Part shown: one piece after another, positions 24,213 to 25,029 of the stretch | Layout of the letters: each line of letters begins with the position of its first letter | How positions within the stretch are numbered: the first letter of the stretch is position 1 | Virus record (IMG/VR): IMGVR_UViG_2802429227_000004 | Coordinates: 1 to 25,029 of that record | DNA length: 25,029 nucleotides | Strand: one strand, 5' to 3' | DNA from: a virus | Lineage: Duplodnaviria > Heunggongvirae > Uroviricota > Caudoviricetes | Translations under genes and position numbers: made by a program | The notes under the pieces: model-generated | Told to the model about the DNA's origin: nothing | The model's database searches: none | Seen by the model: only the letters and a program-made list of their open reading frames with translations

Positions 24213-24797
24213 GTGATGAGTTTTTTTAGTCTTTATGGGAAAGAACTATTTTCTTTTTTTATAACGATTTTAACATGGATACTGAATAACAGATTTAAAA
24301 GCAAGGCAAAGTTATCCTATGGTTATCAGCATGGATTTACTTTTCTTCTCAATGAACCCTTACGGAATGCCAATGGTGAGGTAATATCTAATTCACAGTT
24401 GGTGTATACACGATCTATTATTCTTGTTAATGAAGGGCGAGAAAGTGCTACTAATATCTCATTGGTTTTTAACTATAAGCCAATGCATATTAATTTTTGG
24501 CCTGTCCACCATTTTGAAGAAAATATTGAACAGGATGGTCGCTATATTATCAAGTTTGAAAGCCTTGCACCTGGTGAGTCTATTCAATGTGAAATATTAT
24601 CAATAAATAGAGAAGTTCCAAGTATTCTATCGATAAGATCTAAAGAGTGTGTGGCTGAGCCAGTGAATATCGTGATGCAAAAATCGATTAGTAATATTGC
24701 CCTACGTTGCTATCAATTATTAATACTTCTTGGAACTGGCACATTAACATATTTAATTATCGTTATTCTGCAATGGTTAGTCACTAAAACGGGATAA
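24213..24797 (+). CDS. Low-GC hypothetical membrane protein (194 aa) with N-terminal and C-terminal hydrophobic helices
   Basis: Strongly AT-rich coding sequence; FFITILTWIL near the N-terminus and LLILLGTGTLTYLIIVILQWLV at the C-terminus. Confidence 0.6.
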   Translation: MMSFFSLYGKELFSFFITILTWILNNRFKSKAKLSYGYQHGFTFLLNEPLRNANGEVISNSQLVYTRSIILVNEGRESATNISLVFNYKPMHINFWPVHHFEENIEQDGRYIIKFESLAPGESIQCEILSINREVPSILSIRSKECVAEPVNIVMQKSISNIALRCYQLLILLGTGTLTYLIIVILQWLVTKTG

Positions 24798-24846
24798 TCC
24801 ATTGTATTGAACTTATTAATTGGATATGAGTGCTGATAGGAAACCT

Positions 24847-25029
24847 ATGACCATCACCGAAGCCGATATGCTGGAGATGATCCGCAGCATTGCCGGAATC
24901 AAACAACCAGCAAGCAAAATTAACAGGTGTTCAGCGCCTGTTTCCGTTGTGCTGCAACAGGAACGCCACCAGCGGCGGGAAAACGAAAAGGCGTACCAAT
25001 GGACGAAGCCAAACAAGTTACGGCGTTAA
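24847..25029 (+). CDS. Hypothetical protein, 5' partial at window end
   Basis: AGGAAA RBS then ATG at 24847 (MTITEADMLEMIRSIAGIK...); the ORF runs off the window. Confidence 0.4.
   Translation: MTITEADMLEMIRSIAGIKQPASKINRCSAPVSVVLQQERHQRRENEKAYQWTKPNKLRR

Larger units (their letters stand above)
11597..25029. mobile_element. P4-like/PICI-like phage satellite (partial; right boundary outside window)
   Basis: Gene order P4-type integrase, AlpA, divergent RHH regulator, primase/helicase operon, iteron ori, TerS-like DNA-binding protein with repeat array; no structural phage genes. Confidence 0.6.

Overview
The window appears to span two adjacent integrase-bearing mobile elements, annotated by eye from motifs, RBS context and repeat structure only; no database search was run. 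Left (about 1..11325, visibly AT-rich) is a plasmid-like module: a 1.9 kb non-coding origin-like region with two iteron families, a ribbon-helix-helix gene and a winged-helix Rep-like gene, an operon of unknown proteins including a 342 aa protein with a motif resembling the T7 gp10 major capsid family, and a tyrosine integrase on the minus strand. Right (11597..window end, about 50% GC) is a P4-like/PICI-like satellite: P4-type integrase, AlpA, an AntA-like protein, a divergent RHH regulator, an operon of six translationally coupled small genes ending in a P4-family primase/helicase, an iteron origin, ProQ/FinO-like and PerC-like genes, two low-GC cargo loci, and a lambda Nu1-like DNA-binding protein followed by a GTGTCAA repeat array. 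The best candidates for something undescribed are the left element (capsid-like gene with no portal or terminase) and the Nu1-like protein plus repeat array. No tRNA, rRNA or CRISPR array was found.
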